Of a DNA stretch of 64,000 nucleotides, positions 45,461 through 54,993 are shown one piece after another. Within the stretch, counting starts at the first letter, position 1. Each line of letters opens with the position of its first letter. Below the pieces are notes generated by a model. That model did not search any database. It saw only the letters and a program-made list of their open reading frames with translations, and had not been told where the DNA came from. This stretch comes from Myxococcales bacterium (GTDB lineage: Bacteria; Desulfobacterota; Binatia; HRBIN30), in assembly GCA_037445065.1 (NCBI GenBank), contig JBBILD010000018.1, positions 1 through 64,000 of the forward strand. Reading direction: 5' to 3'. A program made the position numbers and the translations under genes.

Positions 45461-46914
45461 GCCCGAATCAACTCCCGCACCTGAGCTGCGTTTAAGTCTT
45501 CGATGTGGAAGATCATGTCCACCGCCTTCTCCATTCGCTCCTTCCGCAACGTGTAGCGAGTCTCACGGCGAAACTTGTCTTCAACGTGCTTGCGGCGGTC
45601 ATCGAACGGGCGGCCATACGCAGCAAAGGGCACCTCTTGCTCCGCTTCGAATGTGCGCCCGTTTTCGAGCTCGATTTGCACCCTCGCTCCGAATGCCATG
45701 CGTGCGGCCTGCAAGATCCGCGCATCCCAAATCAGCGTCGGCTGGCTCCCGGGCCGGGTGGGGTCGGGGCGCAGCGGGCTGCTTTCCTGCAGGCGTTGCG
45801 TGAAGCGGTCATCTACCTCGAGGTGCACGCGGCTCGCCAAGGACCAGGTGGCTGCGTCGTGGATGCGCTCGGGTAAAAACTGCCGAGCCGTGAGTTCCTT
45901 ATCCAGCAAGGCGGCAGCGACAGAGTACGCCAAGCTGAAATTCAGCGTCACGGGTAAGCTCTCTTGGCCCCGCAAGTACGGGGCGCTCCAAGCCTCCATC
46001 CCCAGGGTCAATGGGGTAGCAGCAATGCGCACCGCTTTGACTTTCCGGCCATCAATGTTGTGCTGGCGCTGCAGGGAGAGGACGCAATCCAGCGCGGCAT
46101 CAATGTAGGCACAACCTGGGTAGATTTTGTACGACAAGGTTTCCGTCAGCCACAGTTGGCCCAGAGTCGCAAATGCCGGGCGCAGCGGGTGAACAGCGAA
46201 CAGCCTTTCGAAGCCATCGTCCCCCTCCCACGTATCTGTAGGAGCACGCAAGCCATGGGCAGCGAATTGCGCCGCCTGAACACCGGAAATCACGTTGCTC
46301 GCTGCCAATAACGCTTTGCCTTCGGTACCGAAAAAACCCGCGCGCAGCGGGTGCGGCGGTTGCACGAAGGCCAAGTTTAGTGCCGCTGCAGTTTTTTCCT
46401 CATCCAATCCTTGCAACCGCGCGGTCACCGCAGCGCCATTGGCCAAGTGGAGGAAGCTCCACATCTGCCCGTTCAACGGCCCTCCCAAGCACACTGCACC
46501 AAGGCGCCCTCCGATCTCATTGGCCACGATTTGCGCCACCAGAACTTCGCGGCCCGAACCGTTGTAGACCTCCGCGGCCGCCAAACTCCCCAGTACTGCA
46601 GAGTGGCCGGTGTGCCCGGCGAACAAGTAATCGTCATAATCGAGTGCCATGCCGAGCGCGGCGTTGGCCAAGAGGGCGTGGTGAAAAGACGCCTTCTCGC
46701 CCGCGGGCACCAGGGTGGCGTCCTTGCCCGACGCCCACTCCCGAACCGTGCGGCTCACCGCACGGCCGGGTTCAGAGAAGTGCCCTGCGTGCACCGCAGC
46801 GATCATGCTGAGGATTTGGTTTTTCGCCTCCTCCACGATTCGCCGCGGGATCGACTCGAAGCGAAGCCCGCACAGCCACTGGGCAATGTGTTGGGTCACG
46901 GACTCATTCGACAT
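45439..46914 (-). CDS. MmgE/PrpD family protein
   Basis: ALDYDD..GH, EIGGRLG, KIYPGC, FSLAYSVA, KFR. Start ATG 46914. Confidence 0.85.
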   Translation of the reverse strand: MSNESVTQHIAQWLCGLRFESIPRRIVEEAKNQILSMIAAVHAGHFSEPGRAVSRTVREWASGKDATLVPAGEKASFHHALLANAALGMALDYDDYLFAGHTGHSAVLGSLAAAEVYNGSGREVLVAQIVANEIGGRLGAVCLGGPLNGQMWSFLHLANGAAVTARLQGLDEEKTAAALNLAFVQPPHPLRAGFFGTEGKALLAASNVISGVQAAQFAAHGLRAPTDTWEGDDGFERLFAVHPLRPAFATLGQLWLTETLSYKIYPGCAYIDAALDCVLSLQRQHNIDGRKVKAVRIAATPLTLGMEAWSAPYLRGQESLPVTLNFSLAYSVAAALLDKELTARQFLPERIHDAATWSLASRVHLEVDDRFTQRLQESSPLRPDPTRPGSQPTLIWDARILQAARMAFGARVQIELENGRTFEAEQEVPFAAYGRPFDDRRKHVEDKFRRETRYTLRKERMEKAVDMIFHIEDLNAAQVRELIRACCSERV

Positions 46915-47144
46915 CTCTGTTCCCACCGCTTTCTCACGCTCTGCCGTCTTTGCCGTTGTACAAGAAACCGCCGCAGCCTCGCCAGTGCAAATTCGGACCA
47001 AAGGCCCCGAAGCGGGACTTCTCCTCCCTGAACTTACGCTTTCGCAGCCCCAGCGCCGTGCGCTTGGCGGGGCGAACCCTAGCGCCGCATCGCAGGCGCC
47101 CCAAAGACCCGCGTGCCAGGCTCGCAAATTAGGCCGCGCCCACC

Positions 47145-47537
47145 TCACGAGTTTCGCGATTCTGGCCGTTGCTCAGCGACCAAAGACTGAACGCAGTCTG
47201 CGACCTCACCGATACTGACCGGGCGACGCAACAACCGGGCTCCGCTGAGGTCGCGTAACCACGGCTCGTTCCGCTCGGTTTCGCCAACGACGACCACCAC
47301 ACGCACACCAGAGGCAGAGAGGGCGCGTACCATTGCGGGTTCAGGTTCGAGGTCGCGTGCGTCCATCACAAGCACGACGGGAGTTGGACGAAACAGGCGG
47401 TAGAGATCCACCACGGCAGCGCTGAGGTCTTCGTAGCCACGCGCGTCCAAACCACGCTCTGCTAGCTCTGCGACCAGTAACGCCCGCGGCCACTGCTCGC
47501 GGCTAACGACCCAGACGCGCGCTCCCTCGTGTTCCAT
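47145..47537 (-). CDS. Degenerate receiver-like (CheY-fold) protein
   Basis: Beta/alpha pattern VWVVS..ELAERG..VLVMD..VVVV..LLRRP; acidic pocket and Lys are replaced. Confidence 0.6.
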   Translation of the reverse strand: MEHEGARVWVVSREQWPRALLVAELAERGLDARGYEDLSAAVVDLYRLFRPTPVVLVMDARDLEPEPAMVRALSASGVRVVVVVGETERNEPWLRDLSGARLLRRPVSIGEVADCVQSLVAEQRPESRNS

Positions 47538-47603
47538 CTCCGCGAGCCACCTTCACAGCCGGTCTTTGGTCCGGCTTCGACACGCGGACTCCGCCCCGCG
47601 TTT

Positions 47604-48089
47604 CTATGCCGCTCCGCGCATCAAACGAGGGAGTGCGCGGCGGAGGCAGCGGTAAATCTCGTTTTTGGCAAAGAGGTACGCGTCCTCTTCTCGGCCGAAT
47701 GGATCGTCAATGTCGCCGCGTTCGCCGGCAAACTCCTTGAGAGTAAGCACTGGCTTGCCATCCGCTTCTGGGAACCCTTGGCGCAGCATCCGCACCTGCT
47801 CCTCTGTCATGGCAAGGATGAGGTCCGCCTCCGCCACCAGGTGGCGGTTTCGTTTCAAGTCCGTGGAAACAACCGTCTCCCCAAGCTCGATGCCTTCGTC
47901 GCGCAGAACCAACCGCGCCTCGAGAGAAACCAGCGCGCCGTCGCGTGCATACGCGGCGATGCCGCCCGAGCGAACTTGCCAGGAGTCCCCCAGAGAGTGC
48001 TCGCGCAAAAGCTTTCGAAGGAGTTCCTGCGCAATGACGCTGCGGCAGGTGTTGGCGTGGCAAACGAACAGAACCGTGCGGCAAGCCAT
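47604..48089 (-). CDS. Low-molecular-weight protein Tyr/Arg phosphatase
   Basis: VLFVCHANTCRS P-loop, ADLILAM, DIDDPFG. Confidence 0.9.
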   Translation of the reverse strand: MACRTVLFVCHANTCRSVIAQELLRKLLREHSLGDSWQVRSGGIAAYARDGALVSLEARLVLRDEGIELGETVVSTDLKRNRHLVAEADLILAMTEEQVRMLRQGFPEADGKPVLTLKEFAGERGDIDDPFGREEDAYLFAKNEIYRCLRRALPRLMRGAA

Positions 48090-48144
48090 AAAAATCGAAC
48101 GGGGCGGCACCGCGTCGTGCCGCCCCGTTCGCTGACAAACGGTC

Positions 48145-49092
48145 TCAGCCTTGTAACACTCCGGCCAGGATCCGCCCCATGTCTTCCTTCGCGGTGAGGC
48201 CCTTGGCAAGCTCCGCTTTGAGAGCTTGCCCCAGCTCGGCGGCGTCCCACAACGCTCGCTTCGATACTTGGCCTACCGTGTGCCACCCTTTCATCAGCCA
48301 CACGGTGCCGGCGCCGACACGAAAGACTTCGCCATGGACATTTGCTGCGTCGTCACTCGCCAGCCAAGCCACCAGCGGCGCCACGTGTGCCGGAGAGAAC
48401 GGATCGAACTCTCCCTCCTTCGGCTGTTGCCCCATAATCGCCGCGGTCGACGGGGTGGCATCCACCGTCAAGCGGGTGCGGGCGATAGGAGCAATGGCGT
48501 TGGCCGTCACCCCGTACTTTTGCATCTCTTTGTCAATGATGATCGCCAGCGCAGCAACCGCCGCCTTAGCCGAGCCGTAGTTGGACTGCCCAACGTTCCC
48601 CAGCAGTCCGGCATCGGAGGAAGTGTTGATCAGCCGCCCGTTCAGGACATTTCCCTTCTTATGCTCTTCCCGCCAGTACTCACAAGCATGCCGGGCAAGA
48701 TTGAAGGAACCTTTCAAGTGGACCGCAATAACCGCGTCCCAGTCTTCTTCGGACATGTTGAAAATCATGCGGTCACGCAAAATTCCCGCATTATTCACAA
48801 CGATATTGAGCTTACCGAAATGATCCAGGGCGCATTCGATGATTCGCTTGGCGCCTTTGAAGTCGGCGACGTTTTCCCCGTTCGCTACCGCGTCGCCGCC
48901 CATTTGCTTGATTTCGGAAACGACCTGTTGGGCAGGAGTATCTGTCGGATTTCCCGAGCCGTCAAAGTGCGCACCCAGGTCGTTTACGACCACCTTGGCG
49001 CCGAGTTTGGCCATCAGCAGTGCTTCTTCGCGGCCGATGCCGCGCCCCGAACCAGTAATGATCGCCACTTTGCCTTCTAACAATCGTGCCAT
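48145..49092 (-). CDS. SDR oxidoreductase, MFE-2 3-hydroxyacyl-CoA dehydrogenase-like
   Basis: TGSGRGIG, VVVNDLG, NNAGILRDR, NYGSAK; GGAGG SD. Confidence 0.92.
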   Translation of the reverse strand: MARLLEGKVAIITGSGRGIGREEALLMAKLGAKVVVNDLGAHFDGSGNPTDTPAQQVVSEIKQMGGDAVANGENVADFKGAKRIIECALDHFGKLNIVVNNAGILRDRMIFNMSEEDWDAVIAVHLKGSFNLARHACEYWREEHKKGNVLNGRLINTSSDAGLLGNVGQSNYGSAKAAVAALAIIIDKEMQKYGVTANAIAPIARTRLTVDATPSTAAIMGQQPKEGEFDPFSPAHVAPLVAWLASDDAANVHGEVFRVGAGTVWLMKGWHTVGQVSKRALWDAAELGQALKAELAKGLTAKEDMGRILAGVLQG

Positions 49093-49185
49093 AACATCCT
49101 CCTTTTCGAACTGGCGGGCCGCCCGCTTGCCTGCGCTCTTTGGGCAACCGTTTGGACAGCGAAACGCAAAGTATCACTCCTCAAA

Positions 49186-49199
49186 AACAAGTTCTTGTC
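49186..49199. promoter_or_regulatory. KstR2-like palindrome AACAAGTTCTTGTC overlapping a TTGACA upstream of the SDR gene
   Basis: ACAAG-TT-CTTGT read directly; fits AnCAAGnnCTTGnT except the last base. Confidence 0.45.
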
Positions 49200-49229
49200 A
49201 AGTAAAGCGCGCGCCCTGCAGATTTCCAT

Positions 49230-49285
49230 TTGCACGCTGGCCCGGGGCCGCGTATAGCTAGGGCCGGCGATTGAATCCATTTCAA
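49230..49285 (+). promoter_or_regulatory. sigma70 promoter plus downstream palindrome for the small ORF
   Basis: TTGCAC-N17-TATAGC (49230-49258), then TTGAA-TCCAT-TTCAA (49271-49285). Confidence 0.6.
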
Positions 49286-49314
49286 ACGATATTGGTTCGG
49301 CGTTCGAGGGTCGC

Positions 49315-49464
49315 ATGCGGCAGTTTTTCTGGGGAATCGTTTGTGGACTTGCATTTTGGTACGCCTACGAGCGAATCGATCCCGCCGGCGTTCTAGCTTA
49401 TCTCAACGAGGCCACCGAATCGGCGGTCCGTTCCACCCACGGGTACGCAGGCGGGCGGCGTTGA
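49315..49464 (+). CDS. Small 49-aa membrane-anchored protein (below the ORF-track cutoff)
   Basis: MRQFFWGIVCGLAFWYAYERIDPAGVLAYLNEATESAVRSTHGYAGGRR*; GAGGG SD and a dedicated promoter. Confidence 0.7.
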   Translation: MRQFFWGIVCGLAFWYAYERIDPAGVLAYLNEATESAVRSTHGYAGGRR

Positions 49465-50372
49465 GGGTAGCGGGCCACGGTGGTAGCCCCGCATCCGGAA
49501 CGGAGGGCTTTCTTTAACACGGCACGCGCTTCGGCCTCGGAGAGGCGGCCCTGGTTACGAAGGAGCCGTAGCGCACTTGCCACGCAAATGCCGTAGGCCC
49601 GCCGCGAGGTCCAATTACGGCCGTCCCGCCCATCGCACGGGCAAAGCTGTTCAACAGAACAGCCTGCGTCAGTGCGGAGCGCTCCGGTTGGCGTGTCCGC
49701 ACAAACGTCGCACGCATCACCCACACCGTCCGCGTCCTGGTCCTGCTGCGCGAGGTTTGCAAGGCGCGGACAGTTGTCGCTGCGGTCAGCAACTCCATCC
49801 CCGTCTGCGTCCATCACCAGGGCACCGCTCTCCCGCCGCGCTTTGAGCTGAAGCAGCCACACTGTCCCGCCTGGAGCGCGAGCGGAGAGGATGATCGCAA
49901 ACTCCGGCGGCAAACCTTCCCCTCGCGTCTCTATCGGCTGTCGCCGGCCACTGGTAAAGCGCCAGCTTTGTCCGTGCCCCTCGAGCTGGAGGACCATGGC
50001 ATGGCGGCCAAGATCGGTCATTTGCCAGAAACCGTGGCCCGCCAGAAGCAGTGTTGGCGTTCTCACCTCGGCTGCAGTGACTGCAAACACGCCGGCGGCC
50101 CCAAACGCAGGAGGGAGCGGAGTCACTTCCAGGTAACCGGCCACGCCTTCTCGACGGATGTGCCGCGAGGTACAGGTCTGGCAACTCCGCAGGAGTTCGC
50201 TTCCGTACACCAGTTCATAGCGGACCCAGTCGGCCAGGGCGGCCTGGGAGACGATGGCAACAAGCGCGCCCCCCACGAGCCAGGCTAGTGAGCATCGCAG
50301 CCTCGCTGCAACGCGCTCAACCAGCGCAGCCGAATCGTCACGCGGGGGCGTGCTGGCTTCCGTGAGGAACAT
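49398..50372 (-). CDS. Secreted protein with thrombospondin type-3 Ca-binding repeats and a Cys-rich C-terminal domain
   Basis: DADGDGVADRSDNCP..NLAQQDQDADGVGDACD; GCSVEQLCPC..W..Y..CV. Start uncertain. Confidence 0.75.
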   Translation of the reverse strand: MFLTEASTPPRDDSAALVERVAARLRCSLAWLVGGALVAIVSQAALADWVRYELVYGSELLRSCQTCTSRHIRREGVAGYLEVTPLPPAFGAAGVFAVTAAEVRTPTLLLAGHGFWQMTDLGRHAMVLQLEGHGQSWRFTSGRRQPIETRGEGLPPEFAIILSARAPGGTVWLLQLKARRESGALVMDADGDGVADRSDNCPRLANLAQQDQDADGVGDACDVCADTPTGALRTDAGCSVEQLCPCDGRDGRNWTSRRAYGICVASALRLLRNQGRLSEAEARAVLKKALRSGCGATTVARYPQRRPPAYPWVERTADSVASLR

Positions 50373-50403
50373 GCTTTCCAGAACAACTGGCGGTTGGCGC
50401 CAG

Positions 50404-50817
50404 TCAGAACGGGATATCGTCTTCCTCCGGGGCAAGTGGAGGTTCGCCGGGCGGAACCGAAGCGGCCGTGTCCTGCGCTCGACCTGCGGTCCCAGGGCCT
50501 CCGAGGAAGCGCACCGTTTGTGCGATGATCTCCACTACCGTGCGCTTGTTTCCGTCCTTGTCGTCGTACGTGCGACTCTGGATCCGGCCCTCGACATACA
50601 CTTGGCGCCCCTTCGCCAAATACTGGCCGCAACTCTCCGCTTGCTTCCCCCACACCACGACGTTGTGCCACTCAGTGCGCTCTTGTGGTTGCCCTTGTTG
50701 ATCCCGCCATCGCTCCGTGGTCGCCACCGACAAGCGAGCAACCGCCTGGCCGCTCGGCGTGAAGCGAACTTCTGGATCCCTGCCCAAGTTTCCGATGAGA
50801 ATAACTTTGTTCACCAC
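50404..50817 (-). CDS. ssb: Single-stranded DNA-binding protein
   Basis: [23 protein letters not shown]-terminal DDIPF. Confidence 0.97.
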   Translation of the reverse strand: MVNKVILIGNLGRDPEVRFTPSGQAVARLSVATTERWRDQQGQPQERTEWHNVVVWGKQAESCGQYLAKGRQVYVEGRIQSRTYDDKDGNKRTVVEIIAQTVRFLGGPGTAGRAQDTAASVPPGEPPLAPEEDDIPF

Positions 50818-50928
50818 AATGTCTGGTCTTTATCAGAAAATTCGTCAAGTTGTCAACCGAGTGCGAGAAAAGGAAACGGGTCCGGGCGAACTCACCCGGA
50901 CCCGCCTCCCGAACGGTAGCGCGACGGG

Positions 50929-52431
50929 TCAGCCCTCCGCCCTGGCTGGTGCCGTTGCCACGCCGAATGCGGGCACTCCCATTCCCTGCCGCGGGCCACC
51001 GCCACTGGGGCGCGCACCCGTTCCCACGTTGGCAAGCTGGAAGTCGGGATAAGCCGTGATGCCGTGCTCCCCAATGTCCAGCCCTTCGATTTCCTCCTCC
51101 GGGCTGACGCGCAAGCCGAGCAGCACCTTGACGATCAGCCAAGCCACCAGCGAAACGCCAAACGTGTACGCGCCAACCGCAGCCACACCGACGAGCTGCG
51201 CCCAGAGTTGTGCAAATCCGCCACCAAAGAAGAGACCATTGGCCGGGCCCGTGACCGGAGCAATCGAAGAGTCCGCGAACAGCCCCACCGCAAGTGTGCC
51301 GAACACCCCGCACACAAGGTGAACGGACAACGCTCCCACCGGGTCATCGATCTTCCAGCGGTCGAACAACAGCACCGAAATCACCACGAGTACGCCAGCG
51401 ATCAAACCGATGATCAAAGAGCTACCCACGCTGACCCACGCACACGGAGCCGTAATTGCCACTAGCCCGGCCAAGCAGCCGTTCAGAATCATCGAAAGAT
51501 CGGGCTTGCCGAGGAGCAGCATGGCGGTAAGCAGGGCACTGAGCGAGGCAGCCGCAGCCGCAGTGTTGGTTGTGACGCAGATGTGTGCAATCGCTTTTGG
51601 GTCCAGTGCCATGGTGCTGCCGGGATTGAATCCAAACCACCCAAGCCACAAAACGAACACACCGATGGTTGCGGAGGTCATGTTATGCCCGGGGATCGGA
51701 TACACTCTCCCGTCGCGACCGTACTTGCCAATGCGGGGGCCGAGCAACAGCACGCCGGCTAACGCCGCCCAACCCCCAACGGAGTGCACCACGGTGGAGC
51801 CGGCAAAGTCCCACATTCCCAAGTTCGCTAACCAGCCTCCGCCCCAAATCCAGTGGCCGGTGACAGGATACAGCAGTCCGACCATCACGAAGGAAAAGAC
51901 CACGAACGACAAGAACTTGATCCGTTCCGCCACCGCGCCTGACACAATCGTGGCGGCGGTGCCAGCAAACACGAGCTGAAAGAAAAACTTGGCCCAGAGG
52001 GGCACTGTCGCCCAGGCGATCGCCGAGTACGCGCCTGAGTACCCGTCACCCGTCGCCGGACTATTGTCCGGACCGCCTACGAACCACACTCCTTCCGTAC
52101 CCACAAAGCCGTTGCCGTTGCCGAACATCAAGCCCCACCCAAACAGAAGAAACGCCAAAGACGATACGCCGAATACGATGAAGTTCTTGGCGAGAATGTT
52201 CACGGCGTTTTTGGCGCGGCACAGGCCGCTCTCTACCATTGCAAAGCCAAGGTTCATGAAGAACACGAGCATAGCGGCAACCAGCGTCCACATGGTGTCC
52301 ATCATGACCTTGGGGCTGGAGAACAGGTCAGGCAGCGGTTCGGTTTCTGCCCACGCCGCCACCGCCAGTGACGACAGGAGGACGGCCACCGCCGCAATCG
52401 TCGCTTTTCTCAAACAAGTTTTCTGGTCCAT
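50929..52431 (-). CDS. amtB: Ammonium transporter
   Basis: FFMNLGFAMVESG, DFAGSTVVH, GWFGFNPGS, NGCLAGLVAIT, DDPVGA..H, EGLDIGEHG. Confidence 0.97.
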   Translation of the reverse strand: MDQKTCLRKATIAAVAVLLSSLAVAAWAETEPLPDLFSSPKVMMDTMWTLVAAMLVFFMNLGFAMVESGLCRAKNAVNILAKNFIVFGVSSLAFLLFGWGLMFGNGNGFVGTEGVWFVGGPDNSPATGDGYSGAYSAIAWATVPLWAKFFFQLVFAGTAATIVSGAVAERIKFLSFVVFSFVMVGLLYPVTGHWIWGGGWLANLGMWDFAGSTVVHSVGGWAALAGVLLLGPRIGKYGRDGRVYPIPGHNMTSATIGVFVLWLGWFGFNPGSTMALDPKAIAHICVTTNTAAAAASLSALLTAMLLLGKPDLSMILNGCLAGLVAITAPCAWVSVGSSLIIGLIAGVLVVISVLLFDRWKIDDPVGALSVHLVCGVFGTLAVGLFADSSIAPVTGPANGLFFGGGFAQLWAQLVGVAAVGAYTFGVSLVAWLIVKVLLGLRVSPEEEIEGLDIGEHGITAYPDFQLANVGTGARPSGGGPRQGMGVPAFGVATAPARAEG

Positions 52432-52453
52432 GGATGATCTCCTCGAAGTGCGT

Positions 52454-52819
<366 letters not shown>

Positions 52820-54112
52820 TCAGAACGAGTAAATCAGTTGGCTGAGGATCTGGTCCTGGCCACGGTTCAAGTTGCCGTCGTGGTCGAACACTTTCTTATC
52901 GGCTTGATCGTGACGGTACTCGATCCGCCACAGGAGGCCATCACTGACCTGGTACGCGATCGTGGGGGTAATGCTCCAGGCCGTGATACCCGTCGGTGCG
53001 CTCGCCAGGGCAAAGCGGGAACCATCCGTGTCATCGAAAACCTCGCCGCGCAGTACCAACTGCAGATCCTCGTTGAATTGCAGCGTTGCGTAGGCAGCCC
53101 CGCCGTACCATTCCGCGGTTGCGGTGGGATCTGTAAACTTCGCGTCCTCTTCGCTCCCGTACGTGAGTTCGCCGTTCAGTGTCACGAGTTCGTGCGGCTT
53201 CAGGGTAAGGACAACGGTTGACAGCCCCCGCTTGGAGTGGCCGTTGTTGTTCTGTTCCGGCCCGTAAATTCCAGCGATGTACGCGCTGAACAGCTCCGAC
53301 GGCGTCAACGAAATCCCGCCGTGGACGCTCTTGCCATCGTTGTTGTCCACGACGTTGTCCCATCCGTTCACGACACCGAGGTCCACGCTCAGGACACTGT
53401 TGAACGGCACCGTCAGCATGATGCCTGTGTGGGTGAAGGGAATCCCGAACCCGAAGTTAAACGAGCGCGTGATATTGAGGTTGTGCCCATCGTAGTTCTC
53501 GATGATTTCCAGGCCGTGGCGGGTCACGAATTTCCCTGCCGCAAGCACGAGTCCCTCGCCCACCGGGAGCCGGTAGGTAAGGAAGGCTTCGCGAAGCTCG
53601 ACGGAGTTCGTGCGCTCGGTCGTGCTGCTGTTGCTCCAGTTGGTCACACCGCCCACGACCTCGGCAACCTTGCCAAAGTCCAGATTTGCCACAAACCCGA
53701 CCGGCTCCTCCGCCTTGGTCCGGGAGAGCCGCAAATTGAATTGGTCGAGCTGAAACGAATTCGCGTCCGGATGGAAAACCGCCAGACCGTTCGCTTTTGA
53801 ATCGGGGCTATTGGTGTTGTAGTTGTAACTGCCAGCCACAAAACCGTGCAGTTCCACACCGAGCAATTCGCTCAGCCGCTCCCTCGCGCCTCTCACCTCT
53901 TGTTCCACGTTCGACACCCGTTCCGCGAGTGAGGCAGCGCCCTGGCCCTTGCGCTCCTGTAGCTCCAGCTTCCGCTCCAGTGCGCGAACGCGTTGCTCCA
54001 ATTCCGCCTCCGTGCTGCCGGCGCGTGCACTGGCTGACGCCAGCAAGAGGAGCGCTGCGCCCGCGTACGCTGAACCCACCCTCACAATGCGTCGCTCGAT
54101 TTTCGCCATCAT
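52820..54112 (-). CDS. Outer-membrane beta-barrel porin with N-terminal coiled coil
   Basis: Signal peptide, coiled coil, GKF...G.E, PFTHTG, VNGWD, EYRHD, terminal aromatic IYSF. Confidence 0.85.
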   Translation of the reverse strand: MMAKIERRIVRVGSAYAGAALLLLASASARAGSTEAELEQRVRALERKLELQERKGQGAASLAERVSNVEQEVRGARERLSELLGVELHGFVAGSYNYNTNSPDSKANGLAVFHPDANSFQLDQFNLRLSRTKAEEPVGFVANLDFGKVAEVVGGVTNWSNSSTTERTNSVELREAFLTYRLPVGEGLVLAAGKFVTRHGLEIIENYDGHNLNITRSFNFGFGIPFTHTGIMLTVPFNSVLSVDLGVVNGWDNVVDNNDGKSVHGGISLTPSELFSAYIAGIYGPEQNNNGHSKRGLSTVVLTLKPHELVTLNGELTYGSEEDAKFTDPTATAEWYGGAAYATLQFNEDLQLVLRGEVFDDTDGSRFALASAPTGITAWSITPTIAYQVSDGLLWRIEYRHDQADKKVFDHDGNLNRGQDQILSQLIYSF

Positions 54113-54152
54113 CCGTGTCCCCTTTCGTTCCGAGAAGTTGCCCGCGACCGCG

Positions 54153-54169
54153 AGCAACGTGGGTGCCAA
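54153..54169 (-). promoter_or_regulatory. sigma54 (-24/-12) promoter of the porin-glnK-amtB operon
   Basis: TTGGCACCCACGTTGCT is an exact TGGCAC-N5-TTGC match, 40 nt upstream of ATG 54112. Confidence 0.85.
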
Positions 54170-54485
54170 CACTCGCCGCAGTCGTGCCTATGGCACCGTG
54201 AACCTCGCCGCATTGGACGGTGCGTACGTTGTAAGGGACGGCGTGCTTATAACGTGAGCAGCTGCCCACGCCAGCAGCATGGCCTCGGTCTGGACAGCCA
54301 ACCGATCTGTCAGAGGTCGGCGCCGGGAAAATCGGCGGGCCTAGCTACTGCACCTTCCGGTCAGGAACGAAAGCAAACGACTGGCCTGTGTGACCTCACG
54401 CGCAAAACGCGCAGTGTCGTTTTTTTGAGGAGCTCACAGCAAACGGCCCCTGCCGAAGGAGGAACGGAACGTCCTACTTACAGCC

Positions 54486-54944
54486 TCAGGAATTCCGCTT
54501 CGGCACCAGCACGCGGCGGCGGAGCGTGAGGACGACTTCTCCGCGCTGGTTGCGCGCGCGCGTCTCGACGTAAATGACTCCCCGATCTGGCTTCGAGCGA
54601 GACTCGGTTTTGTCGAGGATTTCGGACTCGGCGTAAATCGTATCGCCGTGGTAAGTGGGTGCGAGATGTTTAATGGACTCGTATTCGAGGTTCGCGATCG
54701 CCGTCTGGCTGATGTCGCGCACGCTCATCCCTACGGTCAGGGCGAACACCAAAGTACCGTTGACCAAGCAGCGTCCGTGCTGCGACTGGCTGGCGAAGTG
54801 TTCGTCAAAATGCAGCGGGTTGGTGTTCATCGTGAGCAAGGTAAACCACGTATCGTCGAAGTCGCGGATGGTACGGCCTGGCCAGTGTTGGATGACCTCT
54901 CCGACAGTGAAATCTTCGAAGAAGCGTCCTTGTGGTTGCATCAT
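54486..54944 (-). CDS. MaoC-family dehydratase
   Basis: GRFFEDF.VG..I.H.PGRT, MNTNPLHFD, PTYHGDTIYAESE; AGGAGG SD. Confidence 0.9.
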   Translation of the reverse strand: MMQPQGRFFEDFTVGEVIQHWPGRTIRDFDDTWFTLLTMNTNPLHFDEHFASQSQHGRCLVNGTLVFALTVGMSVRDISQTAIANLEYESIKHLAPTYHGDTIYAESEILDKTESRSKPDRGVIYVETRARNQRGEVVLTLRRRVLVPKRNS

Positions 54945-54993
54945 CGAACACTCCTCCTGACGAGCGGGGGACAACAACAAGGTTCGGCCAAGG

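Noticed and set aside
54200..54275. NtrC site (CGCACC..AATGCG) and a second sigma54-like element (CTGGCG..CTGCT)
   Set aside because: Each is one base off the required spacing, and the candidate enhancer is too close to the promoter.
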